NCBI GenBank assembly: GCA_964057225.1
Contig: OZ059895.1
Coordinates: 4,278,001-4,342,000, forward strand
Direction of reading: 5' to 3'
DNA length: 64,000 nucleotides
DNA from: Auanema rhodensis
Taxonomy: Eukaryota > Animalia > Nematoda
Shown: piece by piece, positions 42,501-56,070 of the stretch
How the letters are laid out: every line of letters starts with the position of its first letter
Numbering within the stretch: the first letter of the stretch is position 1
Notes under the pieces: generated by a model
What the model was told of the DNA's origin: nothing
Seen by the model: only the letters and a program-made list of their open reading frames with translations
Databases searched by the model: none
Program-made: the position numbers and the translations under genes

Positions 42501-45500
42501 AAAAATGATGGACAATGTTATTAAACGAAAAAATTAATTCTTCAGGGTGAAAATCGAGGATATAAGTGTGAACTTATATCAGTTGATATCTCGGTGCATT
42601 TTTAAGCTAGCGCAAATCTGATAACACAGATCGACGCAGCTTAAAAATCCGCATCGAATGCACTATACTACATTGAGAAACGCTTAATACAAAAATTAGT
42701 TATGATCGTTTGAAAAATGATGCATTAGTGTATGTTGAGTTTCCATGTACACTCAACATTGCTTCCAAAAACATTTTGACAAAAATTTTTTCGAAAAATT
42801 TCAAAATAATTTAGCAAAAAGTAGATGTTTTTAGATTCCTTTATTCAAGGCAAAGATGATGGACAATGTTATTCAACGAAAAAACTTCAGGGTGAAAATC
42901 GAGGATATAAGTGTGAACATATATCAGTTGATATCTCGGTGCATGTTCAAGCTAGCGCAAATCTGATAACACAGATCGACGCAGCTTAAAAATCCGCATC
43001 GAATGCACTATACTACATTGAGAAACGCTTAATACAAAAATTAGTTATGATCGTTTGAAAAATGATGCATTAGTGTATGTTGAGTTTCCATGTACACTCA
43101 ACATTGCTTCCAAAAACATTTTAACAAAAATGTTTTCGAAAAATTTCAAAATAATTTAGCAAAAAGTAGATGTTTTTAGATTCCTTTTTTTAAGGCAAAA
43201 ATGATGGACAATGTTATTCAACGAAAAAATTAATTCTTCAGGGTGAAAATCGAGGATATAAGTGTGAACTTATATCAGTTGATATCTCGTTGCATTTTCA
43301 AGCTAGCGCAAATCTGATAACACAGATCGACGCAGCTTAAAAATCCGCATCGAATGCACTATACTACATTGAGAAACGCTTAATACAAAAATTAGTTATG
43401 ATCGTTTGAAAAATGATGCATTAGTGTATGTTGAGTTTCCATGTACACTCAACATTGCTTCCAAAAACATTTTGACAAAAATGTTTTCGAAAAATTTCAA
43501 AATAATTTAACAAAAAGTAGATGTTTTTAGATTCCTTTTTTTAAGGCAAAAATGATGGACAATGTTATTCAACGAAAAAATTAATTCTTCAGGGTGAAAA
43601 TCGAGGATATAAGTGTGAACTTATATCAGTTGATATCTCGTTGCATTTTCAAGCTAGCGCAAATCTGATAACACAGATCGACGCAGCTTAAAAATCCGCA
43701 TCGAATGCACTATACTACATTGAGAAACGCTTAATACAAAAATTAGTTATGATCGTTTGAAAAATGATGCATTAGTGTATGTTGAGTTTCCATGTACACT
43801 CAACATTGCTTCCAAAAACATTTTGACAAAAATTTTTTCGAAAAATTTCAAAATAATTTAGCAAAAAGTAGATGTTTTTAGATTCCTTTTTTCAAGGCAA
43901 AGATGATGGACAATGTTATTCAACAAAAAAATTAATTCTTCAGGGTGAAAATCGAGGATATAAGTGTGAACTTATATCAGTTGATATCTCGGTGCATTTT
44001 TAAGCTAGCGCAAATCTGATAACACAGATCGACGCAGCTTAAAAATCCGCATCGAATGCACTATACTACATTGAGAAACGCTTAATACAAAAATTAGTTA
44101 TGATCGTTTGAAAAATGATGCATTAGTGTATGTTGAGTTTCCATGTACACTCAACATTGCTTCCAAAAACATTTTGACAAAAATTTTTTCGAAAAATTTC
44201 AAAATAATTTAGCAAAAAGTAGATGTTTTTAGATTCCTTTTTTTAAGGCAAAAATGATGGACAATGTTATTAAACGAAAAAATTAATTCTTCAGGGTGAA
44301 AATCGAGGATATAAGTGTGAACTTATATCAGTTGATATCTCGGTGCATTTTTAAGCTAGCGCAAATCTGATAACACAGATCGACGCAGCTTAAAAATCCG
44401 CATCGAATGCACTATACTACATTGAGAAACGCTTAATACAAAAATTAGTTATGATCGTTTGAAAAATGATGCATTAGTGTATGTTGAGTTTCCATGTACA
44501 CTCAACATTGCTTCCAAAAACATTTTGACAAAAATTTTTTCGAAAAATTTCAAAATAATTTAGCAAAAAGTAGATGTTTTTAGATTCCTTTTTTTAAGGC
44601 AAAAATGATGGACAATGTTATTAAACGAAAAAATTAATTCTTCAGGGTGAAAATCGAGGATATAAGTGTGAACTTATATCAGTTGATATCTCGGTGCATT
44701 TTTAAGCTAGCGCAAATCTGATAACACAGATCGACGCAGCTTAAAAATCCGCATCGAATGCACTATACTACATTGAGAAACGCTTAATACAAAAATTAGT
44801 TATGATCGTTTGAAAAATGATGCATTAGTGTATGTTGAGTTTCCATGTACACTCAACATTGCTTCCAAAAACATTTTGACAAAAATTTTTTCGAAAAATT
44901 TCAAAATAATTTAGCAAAAAGTAGATGTTTTTAGATTCCTTTTTTTAAGGCAAAAATGATGGACAATGTTATTAAACGAAAAAATTAATTCTTCAGGGTG
45001 AAAATCGAGGATATAAGTGTGAACTTATATCAGTTGATATCTCGGTGCATTTTTAAGCTAGCGCAAATCTGATAACACAGATCGACGCAGCTTAAAAATC
45101 CGCATCGAATGCACTATACTACATTGAGAAACGCTTAATACAAAAATTAGTTATGATCGTTTGAAAAATGATGCATTAGTGTATGTTGAGTTTCCATGTA
45201 CACTCAACATTGCTTCCAAAAACATTTTGACAAAAATTTTTTCGAAAAATTTCAAAATAATTTAGCAAAAAGTAGATGTTTTTAGATTCCTTTATTCAAG
45301 GCAAAGATGATGGACAATGTTATTCAACGAAAAAACTTCAGGGTGAAAATCGAGGATATAAGTGTGAACATATATCAGTTGATATCTCGGTGCATGTTCA
45401 AGCTAGCGCAAATCTGATAACACAGATCGACGCAGCTTAAAAATCCGCATCGAATGCACTATTCTACATTGAGAAACGCTTAATACAAAAATTAGTTATG

Positions 45501-45540
45501 ATCGTTTGAAAAATGATGCATTAGTGTATGTTGAGTTTCC
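39592..45540. repeat. Higher-order 7-mer repeat, 2451 bp (7x351-6), ~2.4 copies
   Basis: Deletion units lie at 40294, 42745 and 45196. Paired variants occur at the same offset: TTTAACAAAAAG at 40990/43441, TTCAAGG+CAACAAAA at 41341/43792, TTTTGAAAA at 39943/42394. Confidence 0.88.
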
Positions 45541-46593
45541 ATGTACACTCAACATTGCTTCCAAAAACATTTTGACAAAAATTTTTTCGAAAAATTTCAA
45601 AATAATTTAGCAAAAAGTAGATGTTTTTAGATTCCTTTTTTTAAGGCAAAAATGATGGACAATGTTATTCAACGAAAAAATTAATTCTTCAGGGTGAAAA
45701 TCGAGGATATAAGTGTGAACTTATATCAGTTGATATCTCGTTGCATTTTCAAGCTAGCGCAAATCTGATAACACAGATCGACGCAGCTTAAAAATCCGCA
45801 TCGAATGCACTATACTACATTGAGAAACGCTTAATACAAAAATTAGTTATGATCGTTTGAAAAATGATGCATTAGTGTATGTTGAGTTTCCATGTACACT
45901 CAACATTGCTTCCAAAAACATTTTGACAAAAATTTTTTCGAAAAATTTCAAAATAATTTAGCAAAAAGTAGATGTTTTTAGATTCCTTTTTTTAAGGCAA
46001 AGATGATGGACAATGTTATTCAACAAAAAAATTAATTCTTCAGGGTGAAAATCGAGGATATAAGTGTGAACTTATATCAGTTGATATCTCGGTGCATTTT
46101 CAAGCTAGCGCAAATCTGATAACACAGATCGACGCAGCTTAAAAATCCGCATCGAATGCACTATACTTCATTGAGAAACGCTTAATACAAAAATTAGTTA
46201 TGATCGTTTGAAAAATGATGCATTAGTGTATGTTGAGTTTCCATGTACACTCAACATTGCTTCCAAAAACATTTTGACAAAAATTTTTTCGAAAAATTTC
46301 AAAATAATTTAGCAAAAAGTAGATGTTTTTAGATTCCTTTTTTTAAGGCAAACATGATGGACAACGTTATTCAACGAAAAAATTAATTCTTCAGGGTGAA
46401 AATCGAGGATATAAGTGTGAACTTATATCAGTTGATATCTCGGTGAATTTTTAAGCTAGCGCAAATCTGATAACACAGATCGACGCAGCTTAAAAATCCG
46501 CATCGAATGCACTATACTTCATTGAGAAACGCTTAATACAAAAATTAGTTATGATCGTTTGAAAAATGATGCATTAGTGTATGTTGAGTTTCC

Positions 46594-49500
46594 ATGTACA
46601 CTCAACATTGCTTCCAAAAACATTTTGACAAAAATTTTTTCGAAAAATTTCAAAATAATTTAGCAAAAAGTAGATGTTTTTAGATTCCTTTTTTTAAGGC
46701 AAACATGATGGACAACGTTATTCAACGAAAAAATTAATTCTTCAGGGTGAAAATCGAGGATATAAGTGTGAACTTATATCAGTTGATATCTCGGTGAATT
46801 TTTAAGCTAGCGCAAATCTGATAACACAGATCGACGCAGCTTAAAAATCCGCATCGAATGCACTATACTACATTGAGAAACGCTTAATACAAAGATTAGT
46901 TATGATCGTTTGAAAAATGATGCATTAGTGTATGTTGAGTTTCCATGTACACTCAACATTGCTTCCAAAAACATTTTGACAAAAATTTTTTCGAAAAATT
47001 TCAAAATAATTTAGCAAAAAGTAGATGTTTTTAGATTCCTTTTTTCAAGGCAAAGACGATGGACAATGTTATTCAACGAAAAAATTAATTCTTCAGGGTG
47101 AAAATCGAGGATATAAGTGTGAACTTATATCAGTTGATATCTCGGTGCATTTTCAAGCTAGCGCAAATCTGATAACACAGATCGACGCAGCTTAAAAATC
47201 CGCATCGAATGCACTATACTTCATTGAGAAACGCTTAATACAAAAATTAGTTATGATCGTTTGAAAAATGATGCATTAGTGTATGTTGAGTTTCCATGTA
47301 CACTCAACATTGCTTCCAAAAACATTTTGACAAAAATTTTTTCGAAAAATTTCAAAATAATTTAGCAAAAAGTAGATGTTTTTAGATTCCTTTTTTTAAG
47401 GCAAAGATGATGGACAATGTTATTCAACGAAAAAATTAATTCTTCAGGGTGAAAATCGAGGATATAAGTGTGAACTTATATCAGTTGATATCTCGGTGCA
47501 TTTTCAAGCTAGCGCAAATCTGATAACACAGATCGACGCAGCTTAAAAATCCGCATCGAATGCACTATACTTCATTGAGAAACGCTTAATACAAAAATTA
47601 GTTATGATCGTTTGAAAAATGATGCATTAGTGTATGTTGAGTTTCCATGTACACTCAACATTGCTTCCAAAAACATTTTGACAAAAATTTTTTCGAAAAA
47701 TTTCAAAATAATTTAGCAAAAAGTAGATGTTTTTAGATTCCTTTTTTTAAGGCAAACATGATGGACAACGTTATTCAACGAAAAAATTAATTCTTCAGGG
47801 TGAAAATCGAGGATATAAGTGTGAACTTATATCAGTTGATATCTCGGTGAATTTTTAAGCTAGCGCAAATCTGATAACACAGATCGACGCAGCTTAAAAA
47901 TCCGCATCGAATGCACTATACTACATTGAGAAACGCTTAATACAAAGATTAGTTATGATCGTTTGAAAAATGATGCATTAGTGTATGTTGAGTTTCCATG
48001 TACACTCAACATTGCTTCCAAAAACATTTTGACAAAAATTTTTTCGAAAAATTTCAAAATAATTTAGCAAAAAGTAGATGTTTTTAGATTCCTTTTTTCA
48101 AGGCAAAGACGATGGACAATGTTATTCAACGAAAAAATTAATTCTTCAGGGTGAAAATCGAGGATATAAGTGTGAACTTATATCAGTTGATATCTCGGTG
48201 CATTTTCAAGCTAGCGCAAATCTGATAACACAGATCGACGCAGCTTAAAAATCCGCATCGAATGCACTATACTTCATTGAGAAACGCTTAATACAAAAAT
48301 TAGTTATGATCGTTTGAAAAATGATGCATTAGTGTATGTTGAGTTTCCATGTACACTCAACATTGCTTCCAAAAACATTTTGACAAAAATTTTTTCGAAA
48401 AATTTCAAAATAATTTAGCAAAAAGTAGATGTTTTTAGATTCCTTTTTTTAAGGCAAAGATGATGGACAATGTTATTCAACGAAAAAATTAATTCTTCAG
48501 GGTGAAAATCGAGGATATAAGTGTGAACTTATATCAGTTGATATCTCGGTGCATTTTCAAGCTAGCGCAAATCTGATAACACAGATCGACGCAGCTTAAA
48601 AATCCGCATCGAATGCACTATACTTCATTGAGAAACGCTTAATACAAAAATTAGTTATGATCGTTTGAAAAATGATGCATTAGTGTATGTTGAGTTTCCA
48701 TGTACACTCAACATTGCTTCCAAAAACATTTTGACAAAAATTTTTTCGAAAAATTTCAAAATAAGTTAGCAAAAAGTAGATGTTTTTAGATTCCTTTTTT
48801 CAAGGCAAAGACGATGGACAATGTTATTCAACGAAAAAATTAATTCTTCAGGGTGAAAATCGAGGATATAAGTGTGAACTTATATCAGTTGATATCTCGG
48901 TGCATTTTCAAGCTAGCGCAAATCTGATAACACAGATCGACGCAGCTTAAAAATCCGCATCGAATGCACTATACTTCATTGAGAAACGCTTAATACAAAA
49001 ATTAGTTATGATCGTTTGAAAAATGATGCATTAGTGTATGTTGAGTTTCCATGTACACTCAACATTGCTTCCAAAAACATTTTGACAAAAATTTTTTCGA
49101 AAAATTTCAAAATAATTTAGCAAAAAGTAGATGTTTTTAGATTCCTTTTTTTAAGGCAAAGATGATGGACAATGTTATTCAACGAAAAAATTAATTCTTC
49201 AGGGTGAAAATCGAGGATATAAGTGTGAACTTATATCAGTTGATATCTCGGTGCATTTTCAAGCTAGCGCAAATCTGATAACACAGATCGACGCAGCTTA
49301 AAAATCCGCATCGAATGCACTATACTTCATTGAGAAACGCTTAATACAAAAATTAGTTATGATCGTTTGAAAAATGATGCATTAGTGTATGTTGAGTTTC
49401 CATGTACACTCAACATTGCTTCCAAAAACATTTTGACAAAAATTTTTTCGAAAAATTTCAAAATAATTTAGCAAAAAGTAGATGTTTTTAGATTCCTTTT

Positions 49501-52500
49501 TTTAAGGCAAACATGATGGACAACGTTATTCAACGAAAAAATTAATTCTTCAGGGTGAAAATCGAGGATATAAGTGTGAACTTATATCAGTTGATATCTC
49601 GGTGAATTTTTAAGCTAGCGCAAATCTGATAACACAGATCGACGCAGCTTAAAAATCCGCATCGAATGCACTATACTACATTGAGAAACGCTTAATACAA
49701 AGATTAGTTATGATCGTTTGAAAAATGATGCATTAGTGTATGTTGAGTTTCCATGTACACTCAACATTGCTTCCAAAAACATTTTGACAAAAATTTTTTC
49801 GAAAAATTTCAAAATAATTTAGCAAAAAGTAGATGTTTTTAGATTCCTTTTTTTAAGGCAAACATGATGGACAACGTTATTCAACGAAAAAATTAATTCT
49901 TCAGGGTGAAAATCGAGGATATAAGTGTGAACTTATATCAGTTGATATCTCGGTGAATTTTCAAGCTAGCGCAAATCTGATAACACAGATCGACGCAGCT
50001 TAAAAATCCGCATCGAATGCACTATACTTCATTGAGAAACGCTTAATACAAAAATTAGTTATGATCGTTTGAAAAATGATGCATTAGTGTATGTTGAGTT
50101 TCCATGTACACTCAACATTGCTTCCAAAAACATTTTGACAAAAATTTTTTCGAAAAATTTCAAAATAATTTAGCAAAAAGTAGATGTTTTTAGATTCCTT
50201 TTTTTAAGGCAAACATGATGGACAACGTTATTCAACGAAAAAATTAATTCTTCAGGGTGAAAATCGAGGATATAAGTGTGAACTTATATCAGTTGATATC
50301 TCGGTGAATTTTTAAGCTAGCGCAAATCTGATAACACAGATCGACGCAGCTTAAAAATCCGCATCGAATGCACTATACTACATTGAGAAACGCTTAATAC
50401 AAAGATTAGTTATGATCGTTTGAAAAATGATGCATTAGTGTATGTTGAGTTTCCATGTACACTCAACATTGCTTCCAAAAACATTTTGACAAAAATTTTT
50501 TCGAAAAATTTCAAAATAATTTAGCAAAAAGTAGATGTTTTTAGATTCCTTTTTTCAAGGCAAAGACGATGGACAATGTTATTCAACGAAAAAATTAATT
50601 CTTCAGGGTGAAAATCGAGGATATAAGTGTGAACTTATATCAGTTGATATCTCGGTGCATTTTCAAGCTAGCGCAAATCTGATAACACAGATCGACGCAG
50701 CTTAAAAATCCGCATCGAATGCACTATACTTCATTGAGAAACGCTTAATACAAAAATTAGTTATGATCGTTTGAAAAATGATGCATTAGTGTATGTTGAG
50801 TTTCCATGTACACTCAACATTGCTTCCAAAAACATTTTGACAAAAATTTTTTCGAAAAATTTCAAAATAATTTAGCAAAAAGTAGATGTTTTTAGATTCC
50901 TTTTTTTAAGGCAAAGATGATGGACAATGTTATTCAACGAAAAAATTAATTCTTCAGGGTGAAAATCGAGGATATAAGTGTGAACTTATATCAGTTGATA
51001 TCTCGGTGCATTTTCAAGCTAGCGCAAATCTGATAACACAGATCGACGCAGCTTAAAAATCCGCATCGAATGCACTATACTTCATTGAGAAACGCTTAAT
51101 ACAAAAATTAGTTATGATCGTTTGAAAAATGATGCATTAGTGTATGTTGAGTTTCCATGTACACTCAACATTGCTTCCAAAAACATTTTGACAAAAATTT
51201 TTTCGAAAAATTTCAAAATAATTTAGCAAAAAGTAGATGTTTTTAGATTCCTTTTTTTAAGGCAAACATGATGGACAACGTTATTCAACGAAAAAATTAA
51301 TTCTTCAGGGTGAAAATCGAGGATATAAGTGTGAACTTATATCAGTTGATATCTCGGTGAATTTTTAAGCTAGCGCAAATCTGATAACACAGATCGACGC
51401 AGCTTAAAAATCCGCATCGAATGCACTATACTACATTGAGAAACGCTTAATACAAAGATTAGTTATGATCGTTTGAAAAATGATGCATTAGTGTATGTTG
51501 AGTTTCCATGTACACTCAACATTGCTTCCAAAAACATTTTGACAAAAATTTTTTCGAAAAATTTCAAAATAATTTAGCAAAAAGTAGATGTTTTTAGATT
51601 CCTTTTTTCAAGGCAAAGACGATGGACAATGTTATTCAACGAAAAAATTAATTCTTCAGGGTGAAAATCGAGGATATAAGTGTGAACTTATATCAGTTGA
51701 TATCTCGGTGCATTTTCAAGCTAGCGCAAATCTGATAACACAGATCGACGCAGCTTAAAAATCCGCATCGAATGCACTATACTTCATTGAGAAACGCTTA
51801 ATACAAAAATTAGTTATGATCGTTTGAAAAATGATGCATTAGTGTATGTTGAGTTTCCATGTACACTCAACATTGCTTCCAAAAACATTTTGACAAAAAT
51901 TTTTTCGAAAAATTTCAAAATAATTTAGCAAAAAGTAGATGTTTTTAGATTCCTTTTTTTAAGGCAAAGATGATGGACAATGTTATTCAACGAAAAAATT
52001 AATTCTTCAGGGTGAAAATCGAGGATATAAGTGTGAACTTATATCAGTTGATATCTCGGTGCATTTTCAAGCTAGCGCAAATCTGATAACACAGATCGAC
52101 GCAGCTTAAAAATCCGCATCGAATGCACTATACTTCATTGAGAAACGCTTAATACAAAAATTAGTTATGATCGTTTGAAAAATGATGCATTAGTGTATGT
52201 TGAGTTTCCATGTACACTCAACATTGCTTCCAAAAACATTTTGACAAAAATTTTTTCGAAAAATTTCAAAATAATTTAGCAAAAAGTAGATGTTTTTAGA
52301 TTCCTTTTTTTAAGGCAAAGATGATGGACAATGTTATTCAACGAAAAAATTAATTCTTCAGGGTGAAAATCGAGGATATAAGTGTGAACTTATATCAGTT
52401 GATATCTCGGTGCATTTTCAAGCTAGCGCAAATCTGATAACACAGATCGACGCAGCTTAAAAATCCGCATCGAATGCACTATACTTCATTGAGAAACGCT

Positions 52501-55500
52501 TAATACAAAAATTAGTTATGATCGTTTGAAAAATGATGCATTAGTGTATGTTGAGTTTCCATGTACACTCAACATTGCTTCCAAAAACATTTTGACAAAA
52601 ATTTTTTCGAAAAATTTCAAAATAATTTAGCAAAAAGTAGATGTTTTTAGATTCCTTTTTTCAAGGCAAAGACGATGGACAATGTTATTCAACGAAAAAA
52701 TTAATTCTTCAGGGTGAAAATCGAGGATATAAGTGTGAACTTATATCAGTTGATATCTCGGTGCATTTTCAAGCTAGCGCAAATCTGATAACACAGATCG
52801 ACGCAGCTTAAAAATCCGCATCGAATGCACTATACTTCATTGAGAAACGCTTAATACAAAAATTAGTTATGATCGTTTGAAAAATGATGCATTAGTGTAT
52901 GTTGAGTTTCCATGTACACTCAACATTGCTTCCAAAAACATTTTGACAAAAAGTTTTTCGAAAAATTTCAAAATAATTTAGCAAAAAGTAGATGTTTTTA
53001 GATTCCTTTTTTTAAGGCAAAGATGATGGACAATGTTATTCAACGAAAAAATTAATTCTTCAGGGTGAAAATCGAGGATATAAGTGTGAACTTATATCAG
53101 TTGATATCTCGGTGCATTTTCAAGCTAGCGCAAATCTGATAACACAGATCGACGCAGCTTAAAAATCCGCATCGAATGCACTATACTTCATTGAGAAACG
53201 CTTAATACAAAAATTAGTTATGATCGTTTGAAAAATGATGCATTAGTGTATGTTGAGTTTCCATGTACACTCAACATTGCTTCCAAAAACATTTTGACAA
53301 AAATTTTTTCGAAAAATTTCAAAATAATTTAGCAAAAAGTAGATGTTTTTAGATTCCTTTTTTTAAGGCAAACATGATGGACAACGTTATTCAACGAAAA
53401 AATTAATTCTTCAGGGTGAAAATCGAGGATATAAGTGTGAACTTATATCAGTTGATATCTCGGTGAATTTTTAAGCTAGCGCAAATCTGATAACACAGAT
53501 CGACGCAGCTTAAAAATCCGCATCGAATGCACTATACTACATTGAGAAACGCTTAATACAAAGATTAGTTATGATCGTTTGAAAAATGATGCATTAGTGT
53601 ATGTTGAGTTTCCATGTACACTCAACATTGCTTCCAAAAACATTTTGACAAAAATTTTTTCGAAAAATTTCAAAATAATTTAGCAAAAAGTAGATGTTTT
53701 TAGATTCCTTTTTTCAAGGCAAAGACGATGGACAATGTTATTCAACGAAAAAATTAATTCTTCAGGGTGAAAATCGAGGATATAAGTGTGAACTTATATC
53801 AGTTGATATCTCGGTGCATTTTCAAGCTAGCGCAAATCTGATAACACAGATCGACGCAGCTTAAAAATCCGCATCGAATGCACTATATTTCATTGAGAAA
53901 CGCTTAATACAAAAATTAGTTATGATCGTTTGAAAAATGATGCATTAGTGTATGTTGAGTTTCCATGTACACTCAACATTGCTTCCAAAAACATTTTGAC
54001 AAAAATTTTTTCGAAAAATTTCAAAATAATTTAGCAAAAAGTAGATGTTTTTAGATTCCTTTTTTTAAGGCAAACATGATGGACAACGTTATTCAACGAA
54101 AAAATTAATTCTTCAGGGTGAAAATCGAGGATATAAGTGTGAACTTATATCAGTTGATATCTCGGTGAATTTTTAAGCTAGCGCAAATCTGATAACACAG
54201 ATCGACGCAGCTTAAAAATCCGCATCGAATGCACTATACTACATTGAGAAACGCTTAATACAAAGATTAGTTATGATCGTTTGAAAAATGATGCATTAGT
54301 GTATGTTGAGTTTCCATGTACACTCAACATTGCTTCCAAAAACATTTTGACAAAAATTTTTTCGAAAAATTTCAAAATAATTTAGCAAAAAGTAGATGTT
54401 TTTAGATTCCTTTTTTCAAGGCAAAGACGATGGACAATGTTATTCAACGAAAAAATTAATTCTTCAGGGTGAAAATCGAGGATATAAGTGTGAACTTATA
54501 TCAGTTGATATCTCGGTGCATTTTCAAGCTAGCGCAAATCTGATAACACAGATCGACGCAGCTTAAAAATCCGCATCGAATGCACTATACTTCATTGAGA
54601 AACGCTTAATACAAAAATTAGTTATGATCGTTTGAAAAATGATGCATTAGTGTATGTTGAGTTTCCATGTACACTCAACATTGCTTCCAAAAACATTTTG
54701 ACAAAAATTTTTTCGAAAAATTTCAAAATAATTTAGCAAAAAGTAGATGTTTTTAGATTCCTTTTTTTAAGGCAAAGATGATGGACAATGTTATTCAACG
54801 AAAAAATTAATTCTTCAGGGTGAAAATCGAGGATATAAGTGTGAACTTATATCAGTTGATATCTCGGTGCATTTTCAAGCTAGCGCAAATCTGATAACAC
54901 AGATCGACGCAGCTTAAAAATCCGCATCGAATGCACTATACTTCATTGAGAAACGCTTAATACAAAAATTAGTTATGATCGTTTGAAAAATGATGCATTA
55001 GTGTATGTTGAGTTTCCATGTACACTCAACATTGCTTCCAAAAACATTTTGACAAAAATTTTTTCGAAAAATTTCAAAATAATTTAGCAAAAAGTAGATG
55101 TTTTTAGATTCCTTTTTTCAAGGCAAAGACGATGGACAATGTTATCCAACGAAAAAATTAATTCTTCAGGGTGAAAATCGAGGATATAAGTGTGAACTTA
55201 TATCAGTTGATATCTCGGTGCATTTTCAAGCTAGCGCAAATCTGATAACACAGATCGACGCAGCTTAAAAATCCGCATCGAATGCACTATACTTCATTGA
55301 GAAACGCTTAATACAAAAATTAGTTATGATAGTTTGAAAAATGATGCATTAGTGTATGTTGAGTTTCCATGTACACTCAACATTGCTTCCAAAAACATTT
55401 TGACAAAAATTTTTTCGAAAAATTTCAAAATAATTTAGCAAAAAGTAGATGTTTTTAGATTCCTTTTTTTAAGGCAAAGATGATGGACAATGTTATTCAA

Positions 55501-55719
55501 CGAAAAAATTAATTCTTCAGGGTGAAAATCGAGGATATAAGTGTGAACTTATATCAGTTGATATCTCGGTGCATTTTCAAGCTAGCGCAAATCTGATAAC
55601 ACAGATCGACGCAGCTTAAAAATCCGCATCGAATGCACTATACTTCATTGAGAAACGCTTAATACAAAAATTAGTTATGATCGTTTGAAAAATGATGCAT
55701 TAGTGTATGTTGAGTTTCC
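46594..55719. repeat. Distinct satellite subfamily domain organised mainly as an imperfect 1053-bp trimer
   Basis: The recurring order is unit G (AAACATG/CAACGTT/GGTGAAT/AAAGATT), unit H (TTCAAGGCAAAGACG, TACTTC), unit I (GATG, TACTTC), starting at 46594, 47647, 50104, 51157 and 53965. Dropped or doubled units lie in between. Confidence 0.82.
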
Positions 55720-56070
55720 ATGTACACTCAACATTGCTTCCAAAAACATTTTGACAAAAATTTTTTCGAAAAATTTCAAAATAATTTAGCAAAAAGTAGA
55801 TGTTTTTAGATTCCTTTTTTTAAGGCAAAGATGATGGACAATGTTATTCAACGAAAAAATTAATTCTTCAGGGTGAAAATCGAGGATATAAGTGTGAACT
55901 TATATCAGTTGATATCTCGGTGCATTTTCAAGCTAGCGCAAATCTGATAACACAGATCGACGCAGCTTAAAAATCCGCATCGAATCCACTATACTTCATT
56001 GAGAAACGCTTAATACAAAAATTAGTTATGATAGTTTGAAAAATGATGCATTAGTGTATGTTGAGTTTCC

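Larger units (their letters stand above)
14023..45540. repeat. Zone containing all twelve 345-bp deletion-variant monomers
   Basis: CGAAAAAA[TTAATT]CTTCAGG becomes CGAAAAAACTTCAGG, always linked to AACATATATC and GCATGTTC. Units start at 14023, 16123, 17170, 23131, 24178, 29086, 30484, 35392, 37492, 40294, 42745 and 45196. Confidence 0.95.
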
